Positions 8,866 through 18,558 of a stretch of DNA of 20,632 nucleotides are shown one piece after another (the first letter of the stretch is position 1; every line of letters begins with the position of its first letter). The notes beneath the pieces are model-generated. The model saw nothing but the letters and a program-made list of their open reading frames with translations, did no database searches and was not told where the DNA came from. The position numbers were made by a program, and so were the translations under genes. Source of the stretch: Vitrella brassicaformis CCMP3155 (Eukaryota > Protista > Chromerida); the NCBI GenBank assembly GCA_001179505.1, contig CDMY01000778.1, positions 1 through 20,632 on the forward strand, written 5' to 3'.

Positions 8866-10081
8866 TTGCCTGTGGTGGGCGGCGCCAATGCCATCATCAC
8901 ATTCGCCTCCTCGTGAGCTCCACATTGTTGTGCGGGTCGCCCTCCCTCTTTACAAGACGAACAATGCAGCCTTTCAACGCCGGCCATGCTGGACCTGAGT
9001 CGCCCATGCGACAGGAATCGGCCCATGCGCGCCCCACGAGTGTTGTTATGCTGCTTGTTTACGCCGCCTGCCTGTGTTCGACTGCGCCAAGCCACCTGAC
9101 TTCGCCCGTGCGCCCACTCCCCTGCCCTTCGGGCGTCACCGCTGCACCCACGGTTGCCAAGTGCCACGTGAGCAACCATTCTCGTCCGCCCAGCACACCC
9201 AGCAGCCGATGCATCCCTCGGCCCGGCTACCAACATGTGTCAACTATCCCGCCCTTTGCATGAGCCGTCGGTCCAAGTTTGCGCCTCGTGCGCTGACGGA
9301 CTCTCGTTTCGGGATGCACCCCAGCGACGCCCACCACTGCCGAGGACCACGTGCACGACCACCTTCACCCACCCAGCAGCTCATCATCCCTCGGCCCGGC
9401 TACCAACATGTGTCAACTATCCCGCCCTTCGCGTGAGCCGTCGTTCGAACTTTGCGCCTCGTGTGCTNNNNNNNNNNNNNNNNNNNNNNNNNNNNNNNNN
9501 NNNNNNNNNNNNNNNNNNNNNNNNNNNNNNNNNNNNNNNNNNNNNNNNNNNNNNNNNNNNNNNNNNNNNNNNNNNNNNNNNNNNNNNNNNNNNNNNNNNN
9601 NNNNNNNNNNNNNNNNNNNNNNNNNNNNNNNNNNNNNNNNNNNNNNNNNNNNNNNNNNNNNNNNNNNNNNNNNNNNNNNNNNNNNNNNNNNNNNNNNNNN
9701 NNNNNNNNNNNNNNNNNNNNNNNNNNNNNNNNNNNNNNNNNNNNNNNNNNNNNNNNNNNNNNNNNNNCCAGTTTTCTTTCGTGCCAGCATCTTTCATTTG
9801 TGTGCGTGTGGACTTGGGACATCGTGTGAGGCCGTAAGGCCGTCCGCCTTTCACGTGAACCGCCCCGCGGTGCGAATAAGCTCGCGACCCGCATCAGGAA
9901 GGATAATTTCTGGCTACATTGCCTGCGGTGGGCGGCGCTAGGGCCACCATCACATTCACCTCCTCGTGAGCTCCCCATCGATGTGCGGGTCGCTTTACCT
10001 CCATTGAAGACGAACGACGCAGCCATTCCACGCCGGCCGCGCTGGACCTGAGTTGCCGATGCAACAGGAGTTGGTCCATGC
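8866..10081 (+). repeat. Diverged direct duplication: 8866-9028 aligns with 9919-10081 (163 bp, no net indel); weaker similarity extends upstream to ~8720 / ~9800
   Basis: Shared blocks such as TTGCCTG(T/C)GGTGGGCGGCGC, CCTCCTCGTGAGCTCC, GTGCGGGTCGC, AAGACGAAC and GCTGGACCTGAGT. Confidence 0.9.
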
Positions 10082-10505
10082 TTGTCCCTCCATCCCTTTT
10101 CTTTTGCTGCTCGCCTGCGCCGCCTGCCTCTATCCGACTGCGACTGCGCCAAGCCCCCTGACTACGCCGTGCACCAACTATCTCGCCCTCTGGCCATCAC
10201 CGCCGCGCTCACCATTGCCCAGCGTCACGTGCACGACCACTCTCGTCCGCCCAACAGTCCATCCGTCTACCCGGCTGACGACACGTGCCGTCTCTCTCGT
10301 CCTTGCGGTGCGTCGTCGTTTGAACTTCGCGTCTCGTACGCAGACGGCCACTCCATTCGGGGCATCACTGCTGCACCCATCACTGCCGAGCGTCACGTGA
10401 CCGACCACTCTCGTCCGCCCAACATACCCAAGACCCCATCTCTCGGCCCAGCTACCGACACGTGCCGACTATCTCGCCCTTCGGATGCGCCGTCGTTTGA
10501 ACTCA
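9100..10505 (+). repeat. Degenerate ~170-bp tandem repeat units (arrays at ~9100-9467 and ~10140-10505; also 11646-11995)
   Basis: CATCCCTCGGCCCGGCTACCAACATGTGTCAACTATCCCGCCCT at 9212 and 9385 (period 173). CTCTCGTCCGCCCAACA recurs near 10240 and 10409. Shared GCCGTCG(G/T)T and CACGTG motifs. Confidence 0.88.
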
Positions 10506-10521
10506 GAGAGAGAGAGAGAGA
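10505..10521. repeat. (AG)8 microsatellite ending the second repeat array
   Basis: Direct reading. Confidence 0.9.
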
Positions 10522-10694
10522 CTTGCATTGACCTCAACCATTGTCTGTGTATCCGAATCATCCATGAATCAGTCCGCCCAACAAATAAACGCAATCTAAG
10601 AGGAAGATGGATCCATCCTCGCCCAATCCTCACACCCCACTGCCCCATAAGACCTCCCTCCCCCACACATACAGAAGCTAGTGGCACGCGCATA

Positions 10695-12154
10695 TGAAGG
10701 ATGGATGAATGACGATGGAGTCTCTGGGTGGTTAGACACGGGCCTGGCTGTGGCTTGTTCGCAGCAGTCGAATTGCAGGGACACTTACTTTAGTTATTGT
10801 CTGCATGCTGGTGGGGTCTTCGTGCCCATGCGCTATGCGTTATTCTCTTCCTCACGTCGGTCGGCAGGTTGTTTAACGCGATCAATGTCCCTAATCTCCA
10901 CATGGGAGAGGTCTACCATGCTATCGCACTGCATCATTGGTCCATCATGCAGGGCAGAGAAACCAAATGGAAAATTTCCGTCCCATCCCTCATGACCCAT
11001 GCTTGCAAGAAAGCTAACAATCCATTCATCCAGACAGACATAAGGGAGCGCTCGAAGAGGCGTATATTTTGTACCCCATAAACGTACTGACTGTCAAGAG
11101 AGCAAGCCAATGTGGAAAGAAAAAGTAGATTAGGTACAAACATTAAAGGATGAAGAATGGGGAAAAGAGGAATTAAGAGCAAGCCATCATCCACGCAATA
11201 CCTTGGCTGCTCGTAAAAAAGTAGCGATGGCATGGTGCATACGTATGTTGCGTGATGTCAATGCCGCTAGTGTCGGATCATCTTCTGTACAGTGCAGACA
11301 GGGCCTTTTCGCCTACCCAACCACATAACACGCATACATACAGACNNNNNNNNNNNNNNNNNNNNNNNNNNNNNNNNNNNNNNNNNNNNNNNNNNNNNNN
11401 NNNNNNNNNNNNNNNNNNNNNNNNNNNNNNNNNNNNNNNNNNNNNNNNNNNNNNNNNNNNNNNNNNNNNNNNNNNNNNNNNNNNNNNNNNNNNNNNNNNN
11501 NNNNNNNNNNNNNNNNNNNNNNNNNNNNNNNNNNNNNNNNNNNNNNNNNNNNNNNNNNNNNNNNNNNNNNNNNNNNNNNNNNNNNNNNNNNNNNNNNNNN
11601 NNNNNNNNNNNNNNNNNNNNNNNNNNNNNNNNNNNNNNNNNNNNNGCCAAGTGCCACGTGAGCAACCATTCTCGTCCGCCCAACACACCCAGCAGCCGAT
11701 GCATCCCTCGGTCCGGCTACCAACATGTGTCAACTATCCCGCCCTTTGCATGAGCCGTCGGTCCAAGTTTGCGCCTCGTGCGCTGACGGACTCTCGTTTC
11801 GGGATGCACCCCAGCGACGCCCACCACTGCCGAGGACCACGTGCACGACCACCTTCACCCACCCAGCAGCTCATCATCCCTCGGCCCGGCTACCAACATG
11901 TGTCAACTATCCCGCCCTTCGCGTGAGCCGTCGTTCGAACTTTGCGCCTCGTGTGCTGACGGCCTCTCGTTTCGGGGCACCCACCACTGCCGAGTACCAT
12001 GCGTATGTCACACCTGAAGGATGGACGAGTGATGGTGGACCTTCGGGGGGAGTGATGGGTGGGGATTTGGGCTTGGCTAACGCGCAGTGACATTGCAGGG
12101 ACACTAAGTTTAGTTATTGTGTGCATGCCGATGGACTCTACGTGCCAGTGCGCT
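10695..12154 (+). repeat. Diverged 140-bp module present twice (10695-10834 and 12015-12154)
   Basis: TGAAGGATGG...TTGCAGGGACACT...TTTAGTTATTGT...GCATGC...CGTGCC...GCGCT at equal spacing in both copies. Confidence 0.85.
11646..11957 (+). repeat. Near-exact 312-bp copy of 9156-9467
   Basis: Two mismatches seen; each copy abuts a 300-N gap. Confidence 0.95.
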
Positions 12155-12725
12155 TTCCCATAAATTGTTCCACTTGACAGGGGATGGCAGAAGTGCATGT
12201 CCGTCCACTCTGCACTTCTCGAGAATCCGGGCGACGTCCAAAATCATGGCAAGCAAAAGCAAGCAGATATCGAAGTAAATGCTCTAGAACAGAGCAATCA
12301 CACGTATCCGTCTTCCCCTCCCGCTATACAAAGCAAGCACTTGCGTCCAGATGGCTTTGACAGGGCCAAAATGGTGTAAGCACGCATGTTCTAATCAGTC
12401 AATGAGCAAGGACGCATCATCCGTCCCCTGCTCCGCCATTGTAGACAGCGCAACCGCGAACAAGGCAAGCAAAGCAAACACTCGGTGAACGGATGTCGCA
12501 CATTCAATTCACGAGTGGTCAAGGAAGTTTGTCCATCCATAAAGCAAGCACGCAATACTCACATAGCCGCGGTAAGCAAAGCAAGCACACACTAAAACCA
12601 CTCTCCGCTTCCCTTTCCCTTCTCGCTACGATTGAGCGGGCGAGCGAGCAAACAAGCAAAACAGCGAAGCAGATGGTGAAAACTACTCCCTCACCATCCG
12701 CCCTTTTTGTCCCTTCTGTCAGTCA

Positions 12726-14446
12726 CTATTCGATCTGACGAAGAGTGTACTCTAGGAACAAGTATTCTCCGTCTTGATGCACGATAGCCCATCGCACTTC
12801 CCCCACCTTCATCGATATCAAGATAGCATTAACCCACTCCACATTGTGAGGTAAACACCACTTACTGCCCTTGCGCCAACCCACTATCTCAGCTCCTTCG
12901 AAGCCGTACTTCCACCTGACCCAGTCATATGTCACTGCAGACAACACATTAAGGCGGAGGCGAGTGACGGGCCAAATGGTAAGTGCAGGCCCATCAGTCC
13001 TTCCTCACCTGTTTGTCCCTCCCGTGGTGTCCCTCCGATCCCTTCCATCATTTTCGAGTAGGACAATTCTCTGCTTGGCCCCGGAAGACACTCACCTGTT
13101 TGTCCCTCCCGTGGTGTCCCTCTGATATCTTCCATCATTATCGAGTAGGACAATTCTCTCCTTGGCCCCGGAAGACACTCGTAATGGGGACTGAAGGACA
13201 CGCAACAGCGTTGTATCTGACAGTGACATCTATATTAATTACTATTCTTGACGGGAGAGGCCCTCCTTTTTTCCATCCCTCACTATCTACATGGCATTAC
13301 TCGATAGCGTGAAGCGTAAAGTGAAACATCTCCGGCTCCATTAGACTCTTCATCTGCTCCGATGACGGCGTAGGACGTCCGAGGTGAAGTGTCATATGGG
13401 AAGGTGAGGGAGGCGCGATGACCCACCGCACCTCCCCCACCTTCATCGACGTCAAAATGCTATCGACCCACTTCTCCTGGTGAGGCAACGTTGCACTCCG
13501 TACGTCCGCTTTGCGAGACCAAAGGCCACGAGGCCAAGGGACCATGCTGTAGATCACTGGAGACACCATGGGATATAGCGAAAGATATGTATGAGAGTGT
13601 GATCTTCAGAATCTCTATCCCTCCATCATCTCACCGGCTTGTCCCTCCTGAGGCATCCCTCCGGTGCCTTCCTGTATGATCTTATACTGAGCCTTACTAG
13701 GACAGATCGCCCACCTGGGAAATGCATGCATCCACACACGTGGCGAAAGATGCACCATAGTTCACTGTGTGTTGCGTTATGCACCTCTCTCTCTTCGGCC
13801 GCTTGCAGAAATTTTTGCGACGTCTCAGGGGCTGTCGTGATCTACCACACCACCACCAATCAGTGAGACGTGAAGTAGATTGTCTTGTCGATACTCTTGA
13901 TATGTGGCCTTCTACCTCTTCCTGACATGGCTCACATGATCTCATGGAGTGTCATCTCGACCCACCACCGCTCTTGCTCTCCATGCCCAAGAGTCTTGCT
14001 AGGGATCAGGATGAGTCGCCTCACTTCGCCCTCTCTCATTTTCATCAGCGCCTCGTTCTCCCAACCCCCATCAAAAGGGACCTTTTGTCGACAATCTTCA
14101 GACGAATGCTCCTGGTGCACTGGCGCGGTGAAGCCGGCAGTCCGTATAGTTCGGTCGTATATCACTTCATCTCCCGGTCTCGGTCTCCGCCGCCAGCTCC
14201 ATCTCTGGATGCACCATTGCACTCCGAGGGTAGTCTTTGGCCACTTGTCCTGCTCCGGCTTGCGCCGATACGTCCAAAAACTGAGCACAGACGCACAGAG
14301 GCATGCGCCACATACACATTCACACCCCAGGGCTGCTCAGGTGTCGCCTACCCTTGGATAAACTCCCAGGAGGTCTTGAGGGCACCGATTATGGTTCCCG
14401 CTTCCGCCACGCCCGTCATGGTTCCCGCTTCCGCCACGCCCGTCAT
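12726..14446 (-). CDS. Six-exon gene for a 388-aa protein with three tandem divergent FKBP-like domains; exons 14446-14352, 14280-13936, 13714-13635, 13556-13301, 13190-13009, 12934-12726
   Basis: All five introns are GT-AG (71, 221, 78, 110, 74 nt), every junction keeps frame, and the total is 1167 nt ending in TAG. FKBP-like motifs: RPRPGDEVIY...GWENEALMKMREGEVRRLILIPS; YKIIQEGTGGMPQEGQAVIY...WVDSILTSMKVGEVR; MEGIGGTPREGQTVTY...WVNAILISMKVGEVR. The start ATG (gccATG) and the 221-nt intron are less certain. Confidence 0.8.
13004..13180. repeat. 87-bp tandem duplication (two copies, 29 aa) within exon 5 of the FKBP-like gene
   Basis: CTCACCTGTTTGTCCCTCCCGTGGTGTCCCTC at 13004 and 13091; five substitutions seen. 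Confidence 0.95.
14393..14446. repeat. 27-bp perfect tandem duplication encoding MTGVAEAGT twice
   Basis: GGTTCCCGCTTCCGCCACGCCCGTCAT at 14393 and 14420. Confidence 0.95.
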
Positions 14447-14685
14447 GGCGCCGACACTCACTGGCCCCCACACACGAGAGTCGCCACACGAAACTCGTGA
14501 AAGCTGTTTGAAGCTGAACGAATGAAGGCCGACCGATCGAGAGCAGTCCTTCTGCACGGTTTCACGGAAAGGCGGTCCTTCTCTCCCCTTCTAACGGACC
14601 TCTCCTCCCTTTCTTCTCCACGCGGATCGACAATTCCTTCGTCTGGATTGCCAGCTTTGAATTGCCTGTCATCCACCCCGCAAGC

Positions 14686-14952
14686 ATGATGAAGCTCATC
14701 TTGGCTCTCGTCATTCTTCTGGCCGTCCTTCAGCCGTCGGTGCAGCAATGTGTCCCTTGTCCTGGTTCCGGATGTTCTCCTCCTTACTGCCTACCATCGG
14801 GTGCCTGCTGCCGCCCTACACGTCGTGAACTCTTTCGGACCCAAGAAGGGATGCTGAAAGGAGCGGTGGCTCACAAAGGTGATGCAGAAGTGCCCCGTGA
14901 GCTTGCTGGTGCTGTGACCTGCATTGACCGGTCTGATACTGCTGGAAAATAG
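14686..14952 (+). CDS. Putative small secreted Cys-rich protein (88 aa)
   Basis: MMKLILALVILLAVLQPSVQQ looks like a signal peptide, followed by CVPCPGSGCSPPYCLPSGACC (6 Cys) and RPTRR. No recognised family. Confidence 0.5.
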   Translation: MMKLILALVILLAVLQPSVQQCVPCPGSGCSPPYCLPSGACCRPTRRELFRTQEGMLKGAVAHKGDAEVPRELAGAVTCIDRSDTAGK

Positions 14953-16347
14953 GTGAATGAACACAGATCAGTGGTCTATCGACATAGTTCCCAGTCGTTC
15001 TCGACGGTTGCTACATGTTGTCGTCCTTCAGGCGCCCGGACGCAAAGTGGAGGACAGATCGTGCTGCTTCAGCATCTCCCGAGCTGTTAAATGAGTCTTT
15101 GTATAATTGGTGCCCTTGTTTTCATCTCCACTACCACCTGGGGTGTCCAGCCGTAGCGTCGATCGGCTGTACTTCATGGGGTAGGGATGGGAGGTGTAGA
15201 AGGATGCATGCCTCTTGCGTTATCCGTCGCCCTGGGTTGTCGAGAAGTAGAGGGATAGGACCCAGCCACAAGATGGTAGCAGGTCTGGCAAGGAGGGTTC
15301 GTAGTGGACCTTTTTTGTAGTGCCGTTTTCTTATATACTTTCTTACTGTCAGTTTGTGACCTCCTTTCTCTATCGCATAGTGCACATGCTGGTATGTTGT
15401 TACGTTCTTTTTGTGCTTTCTTGGTTCACATAGGATATCCCTTTTTCGCCTCACTAAATGTGCGTTCGTCGTGAATTGGTATGTATGTATATGGTTGGTA
15501 TTTTCGGTCCTCTACGCAATAAGAAGTACCAAAAGTGTACGAAAGATGCGGATAAGCAGAGCTGTTTCCTTTGGAGGCCTTCTCTTATTCATCCAGACGT
15601 ACTTCCTTTTCTGGCTCTCGACATCATGTGATAGGGCATATGTATTACTGAGTGCTTTAGGTATTCCGATGGTCTCAAGTTGCCTATCGCGACTCTCAAG
15701 AATGCTGCTTTCACGGGTGCGGTCGCGTTAACAGCGTAGCAAGAAGAGTGCTTTGTTTTTTCTCTCTTTCACCGCCCTCCAGTTCTGCATTCACAGTCGT
15801 TTCTCTCAAACCGCGTATGAGCGTGGTTTGAACTTTTTCACTGCACCCTCTGCTTTTCATCCGTGATCGTCTTTGTGAAGGAGGGTCAAATCATAATTTG
15901 ACTACATCCACGAAACTTAGTGTACTGTTGAGGGCGGGTTTGAGGAGCCTGTCAGGAGCGAGAGCCGTGCATATCGTGAAATGCCCTGTTGAAAGAGGAT
16001 CACTTCGCCTTCTCTCTCGTTCTTCTGGCCTCTTCTCCTTGTCTTAAGTCAGCGTCTTTCCTGTGCTGTGTGATGGTCATCTGCGGTGTCCGACAGACCT
16101 TGTGTGAGTGTGGGTGATGATCCTTTAGACGTGCGCTCGTGAGCGTATTCTGTTGGATAAATGGTGTCTTTGACGGCAGATTTTCTGTAGCTGATTCCGA
16201 TGCGGTTCCGCTTGGACACGTCAAGACATCATTGCTGTCACGTTGCGTGTGTTCCAGCAGATCTCGAGGTGGCTCTTCCGATCTCAAGCACGCTCCCAAC
16301 CATCATTCACGAGGCAGTCACAGTCAGCGCATCAGTGAGTAAAGCCA
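14693..16347. repeat. Right arm of the long inverted repeat; has ~64 nt (16049-16112) absent from the left arm
   Basis: Direct comparison with the reverse complement of 1-1593. Confidence 0.97.
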
Positions 16348-16835
16348 ATGGGCGCGGTGAGCGCTTCTACGGAAGGGAATCTCTCCCAACCGACCTCACT
16401 GACTCGCCTTGCTTCAGTGTGTCAAGNNNNNNNNNNNNNNNNNNNNNNNNNNNNNNNNNNNNNNNNNNNNNNNNNNNNNNNNNNNNNNNNNNNNNNNNNN
16501 NNNNNNNNNNNNNNNNNNNNNNNNNNNNNNNNNNNNNNNNNNNNNNNNNNNNNNNNNNNNNNNNNNNNNNNNNNNNNNNNNNNNNNNNNNNNNNNNNNNN
16601 NNNNNNNNNNNNNNNNNNNNNNNNNNNNNNNNNNNNNNNNNNNNNNNNNNNNNNNNNNNNNNNNNNNNNNNNNNNNNNNNNNNNNNNNNNNNNNNNNNNN
16701 NNNNNNNNNNNNNNNNNNNNNNNNNNTACATAGCTTGGAAGCGAACAGAGAACAACGGATAGTAACGCACCCCGATCGGATGCTTCTTGCCTACTGGGCG
16801 AGCCACAGCAAAAACGTCAGGCCCAGTTGCATTCA
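16183..16835 (+). repeat. Direct repeat copy A (~354 bp of real sequence split by a 300-N gap); partner 18559-18939; its first 165 bp also lie in the inverted-repeat arms
   Basis: 16183-16426 and 16727-16835 align with 18559-18939. Confidence 0.95.
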
Positions 16836-17172
16836 CGCACACAGCAAGCAAGCAAAGACGAGAGAGATAGTGAGTCGATGCTAGGCGATAGGACAATCAG
16901 GCACACGTTATTCCCCAGATAGATGCCCTCTGTCTGCCTTCCCAACACCAACGCACAACCTCTCCCATCCCCATTCATTCACTGTGATGCACAGACATAG
17001 TCAGCCATCATGTCGTGGAAGGATAGGTACGCTCCTCTTCTCGTTTCTGCATGTCATCTTCTCCACTCCTCTTCTCGCCTCTGCTTCTCCAGTCCTAACG
17101 TGCTGGTCATTCGCTGCTATCTCGAGCTGCTCTTTGTCGTGCCCATCCCAACGCAGTAAGGCAGGAAGGTAG

Positions 17173-18219
17173 AGGGAAGGGGAAAGAATAACATATATCG
17201 AGCAGCCCATCGTCGTCAGCACGTCCATATCACCAGGCCGTCGTCCATCATGCCCATCATCTCCGCTCTTCACCGACTTCGACACCCTCTTTGAGTCTTT
17301 CCCGGCTGGCAGCCGTGATCGATGCCGTCTTCTCTCCTGCCTGGGGCCTCTGTCGTCTGGCTGGCTGTCGGCCATCCCCGCATATACCCGAGGGGACAAG
17401 CGCAAGTGCCTGAACAACTACGCCTACCGCCTGGCTACGGCTCTCACCCTGGGCATCACTTTCCCCCTCGCCAGCCTCGCACCGTCATGCACGTGTGGAG
17501 CGCACATCGACGCCTTAGGCGACCACTTCTTCCTCTGCAACCGCGCAACGGCGGAGCGCGTGTTCAAATACAACACCCTGCTGGACGTCTTCAAGGCAAT
17601 CCTTGCAGAGGTGGGCATTACGGCGGTCACCGAAGTGCCCCTGCGGTCCCTCGACATCACCCCCCCAAACGCCCAGCCCAACAGTCAGCGCATGGACCTC
17701 TTCTTCCCCATAGACGGCACAGGTGTCCTGTGCGACGTCACGGTGATCCACCCGTGTCGGCCCGAGAACTCGACCGCCCACCACACCCAAGTCAACCGCA
17801 GCCACGCACGTCGGCCGGGCGGCATTGCAGCTGCAGGGGCGGAGCGCGACAAAGATCGCAAGTACGGTGCCAACTGCCGGCAGAAGGGCTACACATTCGT
17901 GCCTCTAGCGGCGGAGACGTTCGGCCGTTGGGGTGGCGAGACCCTCACTCTGCTCCGCCGCCTGGCGAGACGGCGCGTCCCCCCAACCGCCAGCTCTGCA
18001 GAAGACCGTGTATTTTCTCATGAGGGTGTCATGAACCATTGGGGGCAGTGTTTGTCGGTCGCGCTGATGCGCTGGAATGCTTTTCAAGTGTCCTGCCGCG
18101 CACATCACGCGGCTGATGCTCGGACACAGCAACGGGCAGGTCTGTTTCCTGAGGACCTCATCTCTCGAGGGCCCTACAGGGCACAAAGCCGCACGTTTGC
18201 CTGCCAGGACCGGCCGTGA
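17173..18219 (+). mobile_element. 5'-truncated non-LTR retrotransposon fragment, CRE-like clade: C-terminal zinc knuckle and restriction-like endonuclease, no RT domain
   Basis: The frame of ORF 17560..18219 is open back to 17173: RLLSCLGPLSSGWLSAIP...CTCGAHIDALGDHFFLC, RMDL...CDVTVIHP, AERDKDRKY, FVPLAAETFGRWG. This is the PD-(D/E)xK RLE layout typical of CRE-type elements. Confidence 0.88.
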
Positions 18220-18558
18220 GAGATTGCTTTGGGAACGTGGGGTTATGGGTCGGGTTTGGGTTGCATGGTGGTTTGGTAGTGCGTGTGATAGTCGCATATG
18301 TTGTTGCGTTTGATGGGCTGTTCGGTTTGTGTCAGACTGCTGATGTCATTCATGCCGTATGATGCGCTTGTGTTTCTGCGATTGCCTGTGCCTTTGTGTG
18401 TGTGTGCAAATCCATATTGACTCTAGATCAGACGTGCTGGTCGCCCATGCTTCCGTGAAAGCCAATCACATCTCTTCACCGTCACAGACGCACGAGAGGC
18501 ACGCCTCCCTCCTCAACTCGGACCCCGACACTGAAGCGGTATTGGCCGAGTGCAGCAA

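Larger units (their letters stand above)
5759..16726. other. Four assembly gaps: 5759-6058, 9468-9767, 11346-11645, 16427-16726
   Basis: Each is exactly 300 N, so true sizes are unknown and frames across them are unreliable. Confidence 0.97.

Noticed and set aside
10681-11081. Ulp1/C48 protease-like hints (GWMND, HW)
   Set aside because: The motifs are in different frames and too short, and no catalytic Cys motif was found.
9100-11995. Repeats considered as a CRISPR array
   Set aside because: Units are ~170 bp and degenerate with no unique spacers, the context is eukaryotic, and there are no cas genes.
13697-13945. 82-aa ORF as an extra exon of the FKBP-like gene
   Set aside because: It lies in the modelled 221-nt intron, and direct splicing already keeps frame. 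An extra exon cannot be excluded without RNA data.
16183-16835. Direct repeats as LTRs, or as spliced-leader or other RNA genes targeted by CRE
   Set aside because: No TG...CA ends, PBS or PPT, and no recognisable SL, snRNA, 5S or tRNA sequence.
5745-16896. Long ORFs spanning N gaps (e.g. 9400..10152, 11252..11926, 16200..16733)
   Set aside because: Their length is inflated by 100 X codons from placeholder gaps.
18239-18260. Telomere-like repeat
   Set aside because: Unit lengths are irregular and there is no run of TTAGGG or TTTAGGG; kept only as a G4 motif.
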